Assembly: GCA_964645795.1 (NCBI GenBank)
Contig: CAZYCL010000001.1
Location: forward strand, 223,194 to 287,193
DNA from: an uncultured Planctomycetales bacterium
GTDB lineage: Bacteria; Omnitrophota; Gorgyraeia; Gygaellales; Profunditerraquicolaceae
Length of the DNA stretch: 64,000 bases
Direction: 5' to 3'
Positions 37,943 through 47,889 of the stretch are shown here, one piece after another. Under the pieces are notes generated by a model. The model was not told the origin of the DNA. It was given only the letters and a program-made list of their open reading frames with translations, and did no database searches. The translations under genes and the position numbers were made by a program. Each line of letters starts with the position of its first letter. The stretch's first letter is position 1.

Positions 37943-39117
37943 AATAAACCGTTGATCCTGTCTGCGAGCTTGCCGGCAAGCGCCGGCCAGCTGTAACGCT
38001 CTCTTATCAGGTCCATGGCCCTGGCGCTGATCCTTTGACGCAAGGCTGCATCTTCCAGCAGCATAAGCACTTTTTGCGCGAAAACCTGCGGGTCATCCGC
38101 AACCAGGACATTTTCACCGTCCTGCGCGGATATGCCGCCCAGACCTATGCTCGTGGTCACCACCGGCAGCCCCAAAGACATGGACTGTATCACCTTATTT
38201 TGAATACCTACGGCAATACGCATGGGTGCTACGCAGACACATGCGTCCCTGACGTAAGGACGAATATCTTCGACATCGCTATATACCCTGACCCCGTTTT
38301 TGCCGGCAAGCCGCTTTAGCTTTTGCGGCATATTGGCCCCGACTATAACGAGCCTGGCATTGCCTGATTGGCTACGCACCAGCGGATATATCTTATCATA
38401 AAAGAAACTGATCGCGTCGATATTATGGAAAGCGCGCAGATTGGCGAAAAACACGATCTTGCCGGCTTCAACTATCCTGTCTTCGGGGCTTATGTCTTCC
38501 GGATCCGCTCCGTTCTCCACTACCTCAAGCCCCCCTGCCCCCAGCTCACCCTCTAGGTACGCCTTATCCACGGACGAAGATACGATGTTGAGATCGAAGT
38601 TCTTTATGACAGACGGCTCATAGGCACCAAGCCTGCGCGACTCGATACGCTCAACGATCTTAAAAGGGCCTTTTCTGTAACGCGAAGATATCCCGTACCT
38701 TAATGTAAGCGCATCCGAGAGGTCAAGCACTTTTGCAATGCGGGCTCCTTGCGCGTAAGGCGCCAGGCGCAGAAGATGGCAGAAGATAAGATCGTAGCCT
38801 CCCGAAGCCAGCTGGCGCCTTACCGCTTCAAGCATAAAAGGAGAGTGATAATAACTAAGCTCCAATGGCCTTGAGCCAAACAGGCCGACGGCGCACTGCA
38901 GGTAGGATCTGGGCTTGGGCAGCCCTATCATATCCAGTTCTACCTCAGGCAGCCTGTAATCTAAAGCCTGCCGCCTCTCTATTTGCGAATCGTAGAAACT
39001 GAGGACCTTGATACGGAACTGGCCGCAAAGATGCTTGATGAAATTATAAGGACGCAGCCTTTCGCCTCCCCGGGGAGGGAAAGGCGGCCTGGTTGTCAAA
39101 AAAAGCATCTTTTTCAC
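37930..39117 (-). CDS. glycosyltransferase family 4 (GT-B)
   Basis: 395 aa with a C-terminal Glycos_transf_1-like region (E-x7-E). Confidence 0.6.
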   Translation of the reverse strand: MKKMLFLTTRPPFPPRGGERLRPYNFIKHLCGQFRIKVLSFYDSQIERRQALDYRLPEVELDMIGLPKPRSYLQCAVGLFGSRPLELSYYHSPFMLEAVRRQLASGGYDLIFCHLLRLAPYAQGARIAKVLDLSDALTLRYGISSRYRKGPFKIVERIESRRLGAYEPSVIKNFDLNIVSSSVDKAYLEGELGAGGLEVVENGADPEDISPEDRIVEAGKIVFFANLRAFHNIDAISFFYDKIYPLVRSQSGNARLVIVGANMPQKLKRLAGKNGVRVYSDVEDIRPYVRDACVCVAPMRIAVGIQNKVIQSMSLGLPVVTTSIGLGGISAQDGENVLVADDPQVFAQKVLMLLEDAALRQRISARAMDLIRERYSWPALAGKLADRINGLLCKR

Positions 39118-40553
39118 AGGAACTTCCTTCTTAAAGCGGTAAGGCTGCGATAAAGCCTGACCGGAGAAGCTAATAAACCGATATTTTTAAATAAGACCCT
39201 GGGCCTCAGGTAAAACGAAAGATTGGCGTATCTGACTAAGCGGTTAAGGTTTTTGGCGCTGAGCCCCGGATAGCTTATCACGGCCTTTGACTGCACGCTT
39301 TCGGCGACATAATCTTCGCCGATAAAAAGATTGCCGTTCTTGGCGATCTTATAAAGCTCTGTCCCGGGAAAAGGGGTAGCCAAAGAGAACATTACCATAT
39401 CCACGTCCAGCTTTTTGGCCGTGCGGATATCGCGGATTATCCTGCTTCTATCCTGGAGCCTGGATAACCCGAGCACGAGATTTATCTTGACCAATATCCC
39501 GTGCTTCTTGAGGATCTTCACGGCCTCATAGATCTTGGCCACATCAAGTCCTTTGTGCGCGTCATCAAGCACTTCCTGGTCAAAAGACTCTACCCCCATA
39601 TCCAGGTATACGCAGCCTGCCGCTTTAAGCGCTGCGGCTACTTCGTCGGTGATCCGGTCGGCCCTGGCCAGACATCCCCAGCGCATACCCATTTGTTTTA
39701 ACCCTTCGCAGATAGCCAGGGAGCGTTCCTCGGACCAAAGAAACTGGTCATCGATGATGCTTACGGACTTATACCCCTGGGCCCTGAGCTCTTCGAACTC
39801 GAGTATCACGTTCCGGGCCGAACGCAGGCGCACCGCGGGCTTCTGGTCCTGATGATACCTCCTGTGCTCCAGCTCTCTGGCGAAGTTGTAAGAATTCGGC
39901 ACGCAAAAGACGCACTGATAAGAACAGTTGCGCGAGGTCTGCACGGCGGTAAACGGCAGGAGCTCAAGTTTAGGGTTGTAATAAAGATCGCGGTTAAGCA
40001 GCCTGCGGCAGGGAAACGGCAGGGAATCCAGCTCCTCAAGAAGCGGCCTGGGGGGATTATCTGCCTGCGAGCCATCTTGCCTAAGAAAAGAGACCCCTTC
40101 CACTCCCTCTGCCCCTTTGCCGGCGCTTAAAGAGCGGACCAGCTCCAGCAAGGTAACCTCCGTCTCTCCTCTTACCGCGAAAGTATCCCGGTCTTTGAGG
40201 AAAAAATTGGCAAAATACGTGGGAGCGGGCCCGCAGAAGACGACAGCTCGCCTCTTTGAGCTCTCTCTAATGAGCCGATGAAAGACCATATCGGAATCCA
40301 TGGAGAGGTTAATGGAATGCAACACATAAACGAGGCTGTCATCCGAGGCCAGGAATCGCCTGATCTTGGCAGCGTTCCAGGCTTCGGCGGACATATCCAG
40401 GTAGGCAACGCCATGCCCGTTCTTGTCCAGAACTGATGCCGCTGAAAGAGAAAAGATATTCGGGATGGGATAAAGGCTATAGGTGCAGCCGAATACCCTC
40501 TCGAACCCTTTTCTGCCTTTTAAGTTCGGCGGGTCTATGAAAGTTACTTTCAA
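39114..40553 (-). CDS. B12-binding domain radical SAM enzyme (class B)
   Basis: N-terminal cobalamin-binding-like domain plus a CxxxCxxC motif (CSYQCVFC); 479 aa. Confidence 0.65.
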   Translation of the reverse strand: MKVTFIDPPNLKGRKGFERVFGCTYSLYPIPNIFSLSAASVLDKNGHGVAYLDMSAEAWNAAKIRRFLASDDSLVYVLHSINLSMDSDMVFHRLIRESSKRRAVVFCGPAPTYFANFFLKDRDTFAVRGETEVTLLELVRSLSAGKGAEGVEGVSFLRQDGSQADNPPRPLLEELDSLPFPCRRLLNRDLYYNPKLELLPFTAVQTSRNCSYQCVFCVPNSYNFARELEHRRYHQDQKPAVRLRSARNVILEFEELRAQGYKSVSIIDDQFLWSEERSLAICEGLKQMGMRWGCLARADRITDEVAAALKAAGCVYLDMGVESFDQEVLDDAHKGLDVAKIYEAVKILKKHGILVKINLVLGLSRLQDRSRIIRDIRTAKKLDVDMVMFSLATPFPGTELYKIAKNGNLFIGEDYVAESVQSKAVISYPGLSAKNLNRLVRYANLSFYLRPRVLFKNIGLLASPVRLYRSLTALRRKFL

Positions 40554-40554
40554 T

Positions 40555-42309
40555 TCAATCGCCCTCTTTTACGTAACTATTGCAATAGAGGTAACAGGGA
40601 AAGCCCTTGTGTTTATCGAAGCTTTTTACCGGGGCTACCCACTTGAAGACCGCAGAATCGATGCTGATGAGCGCCTCGAGGCTGCCGCCGATAAACATCT
40701 CTACGGCCTGGTGCATGCTTATGCTAAGGGCATCCGAAGGCTGCGGCTCATACAGAAAAAGGTCGTATCGAGCGGCCGGCGTTTTTTGCGCAAGGCCATA
40801 ATACCACAAAAGCAGCTTCCATTGAAACACCCTTTGCTTCTCCGGAGCGCCGAACACGCTTTCGATAAAGGGGTTGCCTTTATTTATCCCCAGATCCAGA
40901 TTGTTCAGGGAAAGGTAGACATCTACGCGCTCTTCGACCCTGGTGCGCATATCGCCATAGGCCTCTAGCCACCTGTTCAAAGTGCGGCTGTTGGGCTTAA
41001 AGTAGATACTAAGGTTAGCCGGCACGGCAAGGCGGATATCGGGCTTAATATTCTTTTGAACCCAGGCTATGCAGTCACTCAGGTTATTATCACTGTGGGT
41101 GGCCCTGAAATAATTCACAAAGGCCGTCAAGTTAATAGCGGCTATCACGGCGGCCGTTGCCACGCATACGCATTTTTTGTAACGGCCTAGCTTCCCGTAA
41201 GCGAACAGTTCGACGAACAGGGCCACGTATATGCCGACAAAAATAAAAAGCGGCATGGCGTAGCGCGGGTAGATACGGTGAGAAAAACCTAACGGCAGGA
41301 TAAGGACGATCAGGCCGGCCAGCAGTATCATGGCCCTCCTTTTGCCGAGGCGCAAGAATGAAGCGACTGCGCCGAAAATAGCCAGGACCAGCCATCCCTT
41401 CCAGGAAAGGAAAAGACCCGCGTCCCTGAACAGATACTTCCAATAATAAGGTTCGGCTTGCGCGGTCTGGCTTGTATAATACATCGCCAGGTTGCCTAAG
41501 ACATTCTTCCACAGGGCCAGGGGGTTGGTCCAAATATAAGGGATGAGAACAAAGACCGTCAAAGCCAGTCCGGAAAAAAACCTGCCCATGCTGCGCATGA
41601 GCGGCCTGGCCGCCATAGGCCGGCAAAGAAAGGCTATGGCGAACAGCTCCCAGGGCAGGAATATAAGGTAAGGGAATTTAGCCGCTACCGACAGCCCATA
41701 GAAGATCCCGGCCCAGAAAAGGCGGGCCAAGCCCCCCTCCCCTTCCAAGCTTAAGAGTAAAAGCAGGGAGGCGGCAAAAAAAGTAAGAGCCAGAGAATCG
41801 GAGATCAGGCTGGCTCCTTCCTGTATCAGGAAGGGAGAGGTCGCGAATATCACCGAGGAGATGACGGCCGCGTAAGGCAACCTGCGCCTTATGAAAAACA
41901 GGAAAAATAGCAACGCCGGCATAGATGATATAAAAGCCACCGCGCACCTGCCTGCAGTCAGCGCCGGATGCGGCTCAAGGATAAGGCCAGCGATATATTC
42001 GGATACCCCGCAGATAAAAACAGAGGGGTCCTGGATGAAAGCCGGGATCTGGCCGATATTTTTTAAAACAAAGTTCAGGAAAAAAGCGAGGATCAGCGGC
42101 AGGCCAAGTATCCCCGTCGACCAAAGAGTGGTCCCGGCGGAGACGTTGCCGGCGAACAACCCAAGGACCGAATTTAGAACGTTTAACTCCACCGGTTCGT
42201 ATACTAACAGCCGGGGAGGCGCCAACGCAAGCATCATGCGCGGCAGGAGAGAAAACAGAAAGACCGCCGCGCAAACCAAGAAGTATTTATGTTTGTCCGT
42301 GTTCATCAT
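40555..42309 (-). CDS. GT-C fold membrane glycosyltransferase (ArnT/PMT, GT39/GT83-like)
   Basis: About 11 TM helices in the first ~400 aa plus a C-terminal soluble domain. The start is placed at MMNTDKHKYF, which gives an ATGA overlap with the upstream stop. Confidence 0.4.
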   Translation of the reverse strand: MMNTDKHKYFLVCAAVFLFSLLPRMMLALAPPRLLVYEPVELNVLNSVLGLFAGNVSAGTTLWSTGILGLPLILAFFLNFVLKNIGQIPAFIQDPSVFICGVSEYIAGLILEPHPALTAGRCAVAFISSMPALLFFLFFIRRRLPYAAVISSVIFATSPFLIQEGASLISDSLALTFFAASLLLLLSLEGEGGLARLFWAGIFYGLSVAAKFPYLIFLPWELFAIAFLCRPMAARPLMRSMGRFFSGLALTVFVLIPYIWTNPLALWKNVLGNLAMYYTSQTAQAEPYYWKYLFRDAGLFLSWKGWLVLAIFGAVASFLRLGKRRAMILLAGLIVLILPLGFSHRIYPRYAMPLFIFVGIYVALFVELFAYGKLGRYKKCVCVATAAVIAAINLTAFVNYFRATHSDNNLSDCIAWVQKNIKPDIRLAVPANLSIYFKPNSRTLNRWLEAYGDMRTRVEERVDVYLSLNNLDLGINKGNPFIESVFGAPEKQRVFQWKLLLWYYGLAQKTPAARYDLFLYEPQPSDALSISMHQAVEMFIGGSLEALISIDSAVFKWVAPVKSFDKHKGFPCYLYCNSYVKEGD

Positions 42310-44051
42310 TTGGATTTCAGCACCAGGCTCCTGCCCAGGACCAGGAGGTCCATCCGGGTCCTTAAGAAACAACCCAGGGCCTCACGGGGGCTGCAGACTA
42401 TCGGCTCGTTCTCGTTGAAAGAGGTATTCAGCAAAACCGGTATACCGGTGATATTTTCGAACTCGCTAAGGAGCTTCCAGAAAAGAGGATTGGTATCTTT
42501 TGAGACGGTCTGGAGCCTTCCCGTGCCGTCCACATGGGTGACGGCCGCGATGCTGGCCCTTTTTTCTTTTTTTATCGGATAGACCTTTATCATGAAGGGA
42601 TCGGGATAGCTGCACTCAAAGTAATCTGCGGCCCTCTCCTCTTTTATCGCCGGGGCAAAAGGCCTGAACCACTCCCTTCTCTTTATCCTTTCGTTCAGGA
42701 TATCTTTCATCTCTTTCCTGCGCGGATCCACCAGTATGCTCCTGTTGCCCAGGGCCCTGGCGCCCCACTCCATCCTGCCCTGGAACCATCCGGCTATTTT
42801 GCCTTCAGATATGAGCAAGGCGACAGTCCTGCATAAACTGCCCTCATCAAGTTCTCTGACCGTATAAGCGCCTGCCTTTAACTGCCCCTCACTGCTTATC
42901 AACTCCCTGATATCGGAGTCGCTAAAAGACGGCCCCCAGTAGGCATGCCGCATCACAAAGCTTCTCTTGGCACCTAAAAGCTGGTTATACAGATAAAACG
43001 CCGCTCCGAGCGACCCTCCCGCATCGCCTGCCGCCGGCTGGATAAACACTTCTTTGAAAGGCGTCCTTTCGAATATCTTGCCGTTAGCCAGGCTGTTCAG
43101 GGCGCAGCCTCCGGCAAGGCATAGATCATCGAGCTTTGAAAGCCTGTATAAACGATTAAGGATCGCGAAAAACGCTTCTTCGTAGACGCTTTGCAGGCTG
43201 GCTGCCAGATCGCAGTGGAATTCAGTCAGCTCTTCACTGCTGCCCCTGGCAGGCCCGAACTCCTTCAGGAGGGCCGGCGAGTAGAGCCTTCCGAGGGCAG
43301 GCTCGGTATTATCCCAGGACATGGATGAGGAGCTGCTGCTTAAACTGAAAAACTTCTGGTTAAGCCGAAAACCGCGTTCACCTATCGATAATACGCGCTT
43401 CATCTTATCGGCAAACCTCGGCTTTCCGTAAGCCGCCAGCCCCATTACCTTATACTCGTCGCCAAACTTCTCAAAACCCAGAAACTGGGTAAAGGCGGTA
43501 TAAAATATCCCCAGGGAATGCGGGTAGTTTATCTGGAAAACAGGACGCAGCCTGTTGACCTCCCCTATCGCCCCCATGCAGCTGGAGAAGTCACCGAAGC
43601 CGTCCAGCGAAAGGACAGCCGCCCTGTTAAACTGCGAAACAAAGAATGCGCTGGCCAGGTGCGCGCGGTGATGCTCGACATTGAACAGGCGCGGATGCTT
43701 CTTGGGAGGCTGGACCGCCAGGGCCTTACGCAGGCTGCTCTCGATATTGCCGATCTTTGCGATATTCAAAAACCTTGCGCCTATGAAACGTGGCGAAGGA
43801 AGCCGGCCAAGGGCATATATCAGTTTCTTATGGATGTTGGCAACCGGATTGCGGTTACAGGCAATAAAATCAAGATCAGTAAAAGACGCCCCCGCCTCTT
43901 TCAGGCAGTAGGCTGTTGCCCCGACCGGCAGGCCCGACCAGTGCTTTATCCTCCTAAACCTCTCCTCTTCCGCGGCGGCGACGAGCTGGCCATCCCTGAT
44001 AATGCAGGCAGAAGAGTCCGGATGATAGGCGTTAAGGCCCAGTATCAGCAT
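42306..44051 (-). CDS. carbamoyltransferase of the NodU/CmcH/TobZ family
   Basis: 581 aa. The N-terminal Kae1/YgjD-like domain reads ILGLNAYHPDSSACIIRDGQLVAAAEEERFRRIKH, and a C-terminal YrdC-like domain follows. Confidence 0.75.
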   Translation of the reverse strand: MLILGLNAYHPDSSACIIRDGQLVAAAEEERFRRIKHWSGLPVGATAYCLKEAGASFTDLDFIACNRNPVANIHKKLIYALGRLPSPRFIGARFLNIAKIGNIESSLRKALAVQPPKKHPRLFNVEHHRAHLASAFFVSQFNRAAVLSLDGFGDFSSCMGAIGEVNRLRPVFQINYPHSLGIFYTAFTQFLGFEKFGDEYKVMGLAAYGKPRFADKMKRVLSIGERGFRLNQKFFSLSSSSSSMSWDNTEPALGRLYSPALLKEFGPARGSSEELTEFHCDLAASLQSVYEEAFFAILNRLYRLSKLDDLCLAGGCALNSLANGKIFERTPFKEVFIQPAAGDAGGSLGAAFYLYNQLLGAKRSFVMRHAYWGPSFSDSDIRELISSEGQLKAGAYTVRELDEGSLCRTVALLISEGKIAGWFQGRMEWGARALGNRSILVDPRRKEMKDILNERIKRREWFRPFAPAIKEERAADYFECSYPDPFMIKVYPIKKEKRASIAAVTHVDGTGRLQTVSKDTNPLFWKLLSEFENITGIPVLLNTSFNENEPIVCSPREALGCFLRTRMDLLVLGRSLVLKSK

Positions 44052-44883
44052 CTTTTCCTTTCATCATCAGCCTGAGTATCCTGTAATCAATAAGCATCCT
44101 GAACCAGAAGCCGTGCCAGAAGTGGAACTCCCAGCCGCGCATGCCGTCCAGGAACCCAAGCCTAATAATAAAGCGGTAAATGAAGTAAGCGAGCACCCGC
44201 AAAAAAATGGGCAGCCTGTAATAGATATTGTAGCGCCTCCAGCCCCTCTTTTGTATCGGCGTGCCTTTAAAGCTGACATTTGCCGTCTTTCGGCTGGAGA
44301 GGGCCTCCCTGGCTTCAAGCTGGGCCCACCTGCTATGCCTTTCTTTCCAGGATCCAAGATCAGGATTTATAATATTGATGATATCCCCTTTTAGTATCCC
44401 TGTCTTGCCGTTCACCGCAAAATTCTGGTCATACAGCCTTTTTTCAACTGCCCCCTTGTCTTTCTTGAATATGCGTAAATGATATACCGGATAGTGATCG
44501 CCGAACCGTATCCACTTGCCCTTAAAGAGCGTCCGTCTGCTGGCCATGAACCCGTCCGCCTCTATTGTTTGCGAAAAAATTCCCCGCAACTCATCCGCAA
44601 GCTCCCTGCTTATCCTCTCATCGGCATCGAGGTGAAGCACCCAGAGGTTTTTAGTCTCCAGGTTATTCTGCGCCCAGTCCCTTTGTTGGGCGTAATCAAC
44701 AAACGGATGCTGGCAGACGTTGGCCCCGAGTGCGCGTGCGATCCCCACCGTATTGTCACTGCTAAAAGAATCCACCACAAATACCTCATCGCATAATCCC
44801 AAGACGCTGGCAATGCAATCGGCTATATTTGATTCTTCGTTCAAGGTAAGTATGATGGCTGAAACCGGTATGCTTGCGCTCAT
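44032..44883 (-). CDS. glycosyltransferase family 2
   Basis: N-terminal VSAIILTLNEE...DSFSSD GT-A signature (DXD); 283 aa. Confidence 0.65.
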   Translation of the reverse strand: MSASIPVSAIILTLNEESNIADCIASVLGLCDEVFVVDSFSSDNTVGIARALGANVCQHPFVDYAQQRDWAQNNLETKNLWVLHLDADERISRELADELRGIFSQTIEADGFMASRRTLFKGKWIRFGDHYPVYHLRIFKKDKGAVEKRLYDQNFAVNGKTGILKGDIINIINPDLGSWKERHSRWAQLEAREALSSRKTANVSFKGTPIQKRGWRRYNIYYRLPIFLRVLAYFIYRFIIRLGFLDGMRGWEFHFWHGFWFRMLIDYRILRLMMKGKDADTGP

Positions 44884-46049
44884 TGGGCCCCTGAGATCTC
44901 TTTATACGCAGCCAGCAGTTTCTGGGCTGCCTGGCCCCAGCCAAACTTCTCTCTGGCCAGAGCCCTCGCCCTCTGCCCCATGGCCTTAGCCGACGCCTCA
45001 TCCTTCAAGAGCTTGTTCAGGGCGTCCTCAAGCCGGGCCGCCTCCAACGGCACCACTACGCCACAGCCACAATCGCTGATATCTGCGGATATCCCCACGC
45101 GCTCGCTTACCACTACGGGAAGCCCCGCGGCCATCGCCTCGACCACAGCCAAGGCAAAGTTCTCGGTATAGGATGGCAGCACAAAGATGTCGCTGTCCCT
45201 TAAAAGACAGAGCTTATCCCTGCCGCTAAGCATTCCGGTAAATAGCGATTTATGTGAAACGTTGCGGCTTTTCAGCCAGCCCTTGACCTTACCGGCGTAA
45301 CCTTCGTCATCGGGGCCGGCAATGACCAGATACAGGTCGTCTCTTGAGGCTGCCAGGCCCGCGAACGCCTCTACCAATAAATCCAGCCCTTTCTTAAAAT
45401 TGATGCGGCCGAAAAAAAGGATGATCTTCTTTTCTTTAAGCTCTGGGTGCTTCTGACGAAACTCCCCGTAATCCGGCAGCTGGCTGAACTCCTCAAGATC
45501 GACGCCCAAACCTATTATCAGCGGCCTGGATTTTATATTAAGGCCGCAAGCCAAGCGCATCTCGTCTGTGCTCGTATAGTGGACGGCGCTGGCGTTGTTC
45601 AAGTTATTCAGCTCGAAGGCGCGCATATAAATACTTTTTATAAACCCGCGGTGTTTAAGCGCGTATGGGTCAAGATGTCCCAGCGGCCTGATAATATGGG
45701 GCTTATGAAAACGGCGGCAGTAAAAAGAAGCGGATAGCGTCGAGAACTGGAACAACGAATGTATATGGACCACATCATATGCGGGGATCTGGCTGCGCAG
45801 TGCCTGCAGGAGCCCCGGGGAAAACTTGTAGTGTTTTAGAAACCGCACCGGATAATAACAGATTTCAAAACCTTTGAGCGGCTGCGGTTGGGCCAAAGGC
45901 ACGTTCATCCTGGCGCCTACATCTGCGTCGGTGGTAATGATCCTCACCTCCTGGCCCAGAAGGCTCAGGGCAGAGCTCATGCCCAGCACGGCGCTGCTTG
46001 GCCCGCCGAAACCCGCGGCAATGCTGGGGATGACCTGGAGTATCTTCAT
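44880..46049 (-). CDS. glycosyltransferase family 4
   Basis: 389 aa with the GT-B fold and a C-terminal Glycos_transf_1 region. Confidence 0.65.
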   Translation of the reverse strand: MKILQVIPSIAAGFGGPSSAVLGMSSALSLLGQEVRIITTDADVGARMNVPLAQPQPLKGFEICYYPVRFLKHYKFSPGLLQALRSQIPAYDVVHIHSLFQFSTLSASFYCRRFHKPHIIRPLGHLDPYALKHRGFIKSIYMRAFELNNLNNASAVHYTSTDEMRLACGLNIKSRPLIIGLGVDLEEFSQLPDYGEFRQKHPELKEKKIILFFGRINFKKGLDLLVEAFAGLAASRDDLYLVIAGPDDEGYAGKVKGWLKSRNVSHKSLFTGMLSGRDKLCLLRDSDIFVLPSYTENFALAVVEAMAAGLPVVVSERVGISADISDCGCGVVVPLEAARLEDALNKLLKDEASAKAMGQRARALAREKFGWGQAAQKLLAAYKEISGAQ

Positions 46050-47887
46050 AGGTTATTTAATTTTACCCATTTATTAAGCACGTAGAGCGCCCAGGGCCGC
46101 TGCCACGAAAGGCCGCCGTCCAGGAACCTCCTCCAAACGGCGATCTGCCCCTCGCTTGCCACGAACTCTTTAATGGCCTCTGACGGGCAAGAAAGCTCTT
46201 CTTCTATTTCCTTGCTAATATCCTCTTTCATCCAGCGCCCGACCGGCAGGACAAACCCCATCTTACGGCGAAGGTATATCTTCCGGGGAAGCTTCTGAGG
46301 CAGGCTGTCCAAAAGCAGCGGTTTGGGGCGCCTGCCGCTTAATTTTAGCCTGCCCGGAACGGACAGGACAAACTGAGCCAGAACGTGATCAAGATAGGGT
46401 ACGCGCACTTCCAGGGAATGGGCCATGCTCATAAAATCGGTATCCCTGAGCAAAACATCCCTCATGTAGTTGGTAAGCTCCAGATAAGATACGCGGTTGA
46501 CTGGATCCAGATGAGAAAGCTGCTGCAAAGATTCTGCCGTAGCCGGGATGCTCTTTTTAAGAAGCGTATATTTTTGCCCCTCGGTAAAAAGCCTGCGCAC
46601 CCAGAAGTAGGGGCTCTCTCTGCTGCCAGAGCGCAGCATCTCTATGGCCTTATCCCTGCCCGGCCTGCCGATACATAAACCTGCGGCGACCTCGGCGATG
46701 CCGCTCTTGAGAAAACCGGGCATTAACCGCATCAACGCAGTTAACCTTTCCAGGCCCGGGACATGCCTGAAGCTTTTGTATCCACAAAACAGCTCGTCTG
46801 CCCCCAGCCCGGACAAAAGCACGGTCAGCCCGGCTTCTTTAGCCGCGCGCGAAACGAAGAACGAGTTGATGCCGTCAAAGGTCGGCTGGTCCATGGAGCT
46901 CAAGGCCGCAGGAAGGCTGGAAAGAAAATCGTCTTCGGAAAGCCTGACTTCGCGGTGCTGGGTCTTGAACTGGCTGGAAATCAAACGGCTAAAGCCGCTT
47001 TCATCGAGATCCTTCTCATCAAAGACCAAAGAAACCGTCCTTAGCTTGCTGCCGGAGACATCCGACATGATGCTGGTAAGGCCAGAGGAATCAATCCCCC
47101 CGCTCAGGAAAAGCCCTAAAGGCACATCGCTGGCCGAATGCAGGCACACGCTTTCTTTTAGGAGCCCGGCCGTGGTTTCCGCCGCCTCATCATATGAACC
47201 GGTAAAGGCCGGCGAAGCAGAAAGGATATCCCAGTATCTGCTAATATTTAACTGGCCGTTTTCCAGCGTAGCGTAATGACCGGGCAGGAACGCACAGACT
47301 CCTTCGATGACGGTAAAAGGGTCCCTGAACGCGCCGTAATCAAGATAAGAAGACAGGCCTTGCCCTGATATGATACGGCTGACCAGCCCGCTTGACAGGA
47401 TAGCCTTTACCTGAGAAGCGAAGATAAAAACATCGCCTTTAAAATAATAATACAACGGCTTGATACCAAACCTGTCCCTGGCAAGGAAAAGCGCGCCGGT
47501 CAGCTTGTCAAATATGCAGAAGGCGAACATCCCCCTGAGCTTACCCAGGCAATCTTTGCCCCACTCCTCATAAGCATGGAGGATCACCTCGCTGTCACTA
47601 TGACTGGAGAATCTGTGTCCGAGCCTCTCCAGCTGCGGCCTAAGCTGCCTGAAATTATATATCTCGCCGTTAGCCACCAGGAGCTTGGTAGAGTCTTCGT
47701 TAGCCAAAGGTTGATCGGCCTGCGGGGAAAGATCGATCACCTTAAGGCGGCGGTGCCCGATATGCGCCCGTTCATGCGAATAAATACCCTGGTTATCCGG
47801 CCCGCGGCTGGCCAGCGTCTCGAGCATCTTAAGGAGGGCTTGCCTGCCTTGATCCCCGCCGCAGATAACCCCTGCTATCCCGCACAT
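46046..47887 (-). CDS. asnB: asparagine synthase (glutamine-hydrolysing) family amidotransferase
   Basis: N-terminal MCGIAG Ntn-glutaminase nucleophile and a PP-loop SGGIDSS; 613 aa. Confidence 0.75.
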   Translation of the reverse strand: MCGIAGVICGGDQGRQALLKMLETLASRGPDNQGIYSHERAHIGHRRLKVIDLSPQADQPLANEDSTKLLVANGEIYNFRQLRPQLERLGHRFSSHSDSEVILHAYEEWGKDCLGKLRGMFAFCIFDKLTGALFLARDRFGIKPLYYYFKGDVFIFASQVKAILSSGLVSRIISGQGLSSYLDYGAFRDPFTVIEGVCAFLPGHYATLENGQLNISRYWDILSASPAFTGSYDEAAETTAGLLKESVCLHSASDVPLGLFLSGGIDSSGLTSIMSDVSGSKLRTVSLVFDEKDLDESGFSRLISSQFKTQHREVRLSEDDFLSSLPAALSSMDQPTFDGINSFFVSRAAKEAGLTVLLSGLGADELFCGYKSFRHVPGLERLTALMRLMPGFLKSGIAEVAAGLCIGRPGRDKAIEMLRSGSRESPYFWVRRLFTEGQKYTLLKKSIPATAESLQQLSHLDPVNRVSYLELTNYMRDVLLRDTDFMSMAHSLEVRVPYLDHVLAQFVLSVPGRLKLSGRRPKPLLLDSLPQKLPRKIYLRRKMGFVLPVGRWMKEDISKEIEEELSCPSEAIKEFVASEGQIAVWRRFLDGGLSWQRPWALYVLNKWVKLNNL

Positions 47888-47889
47888 GA

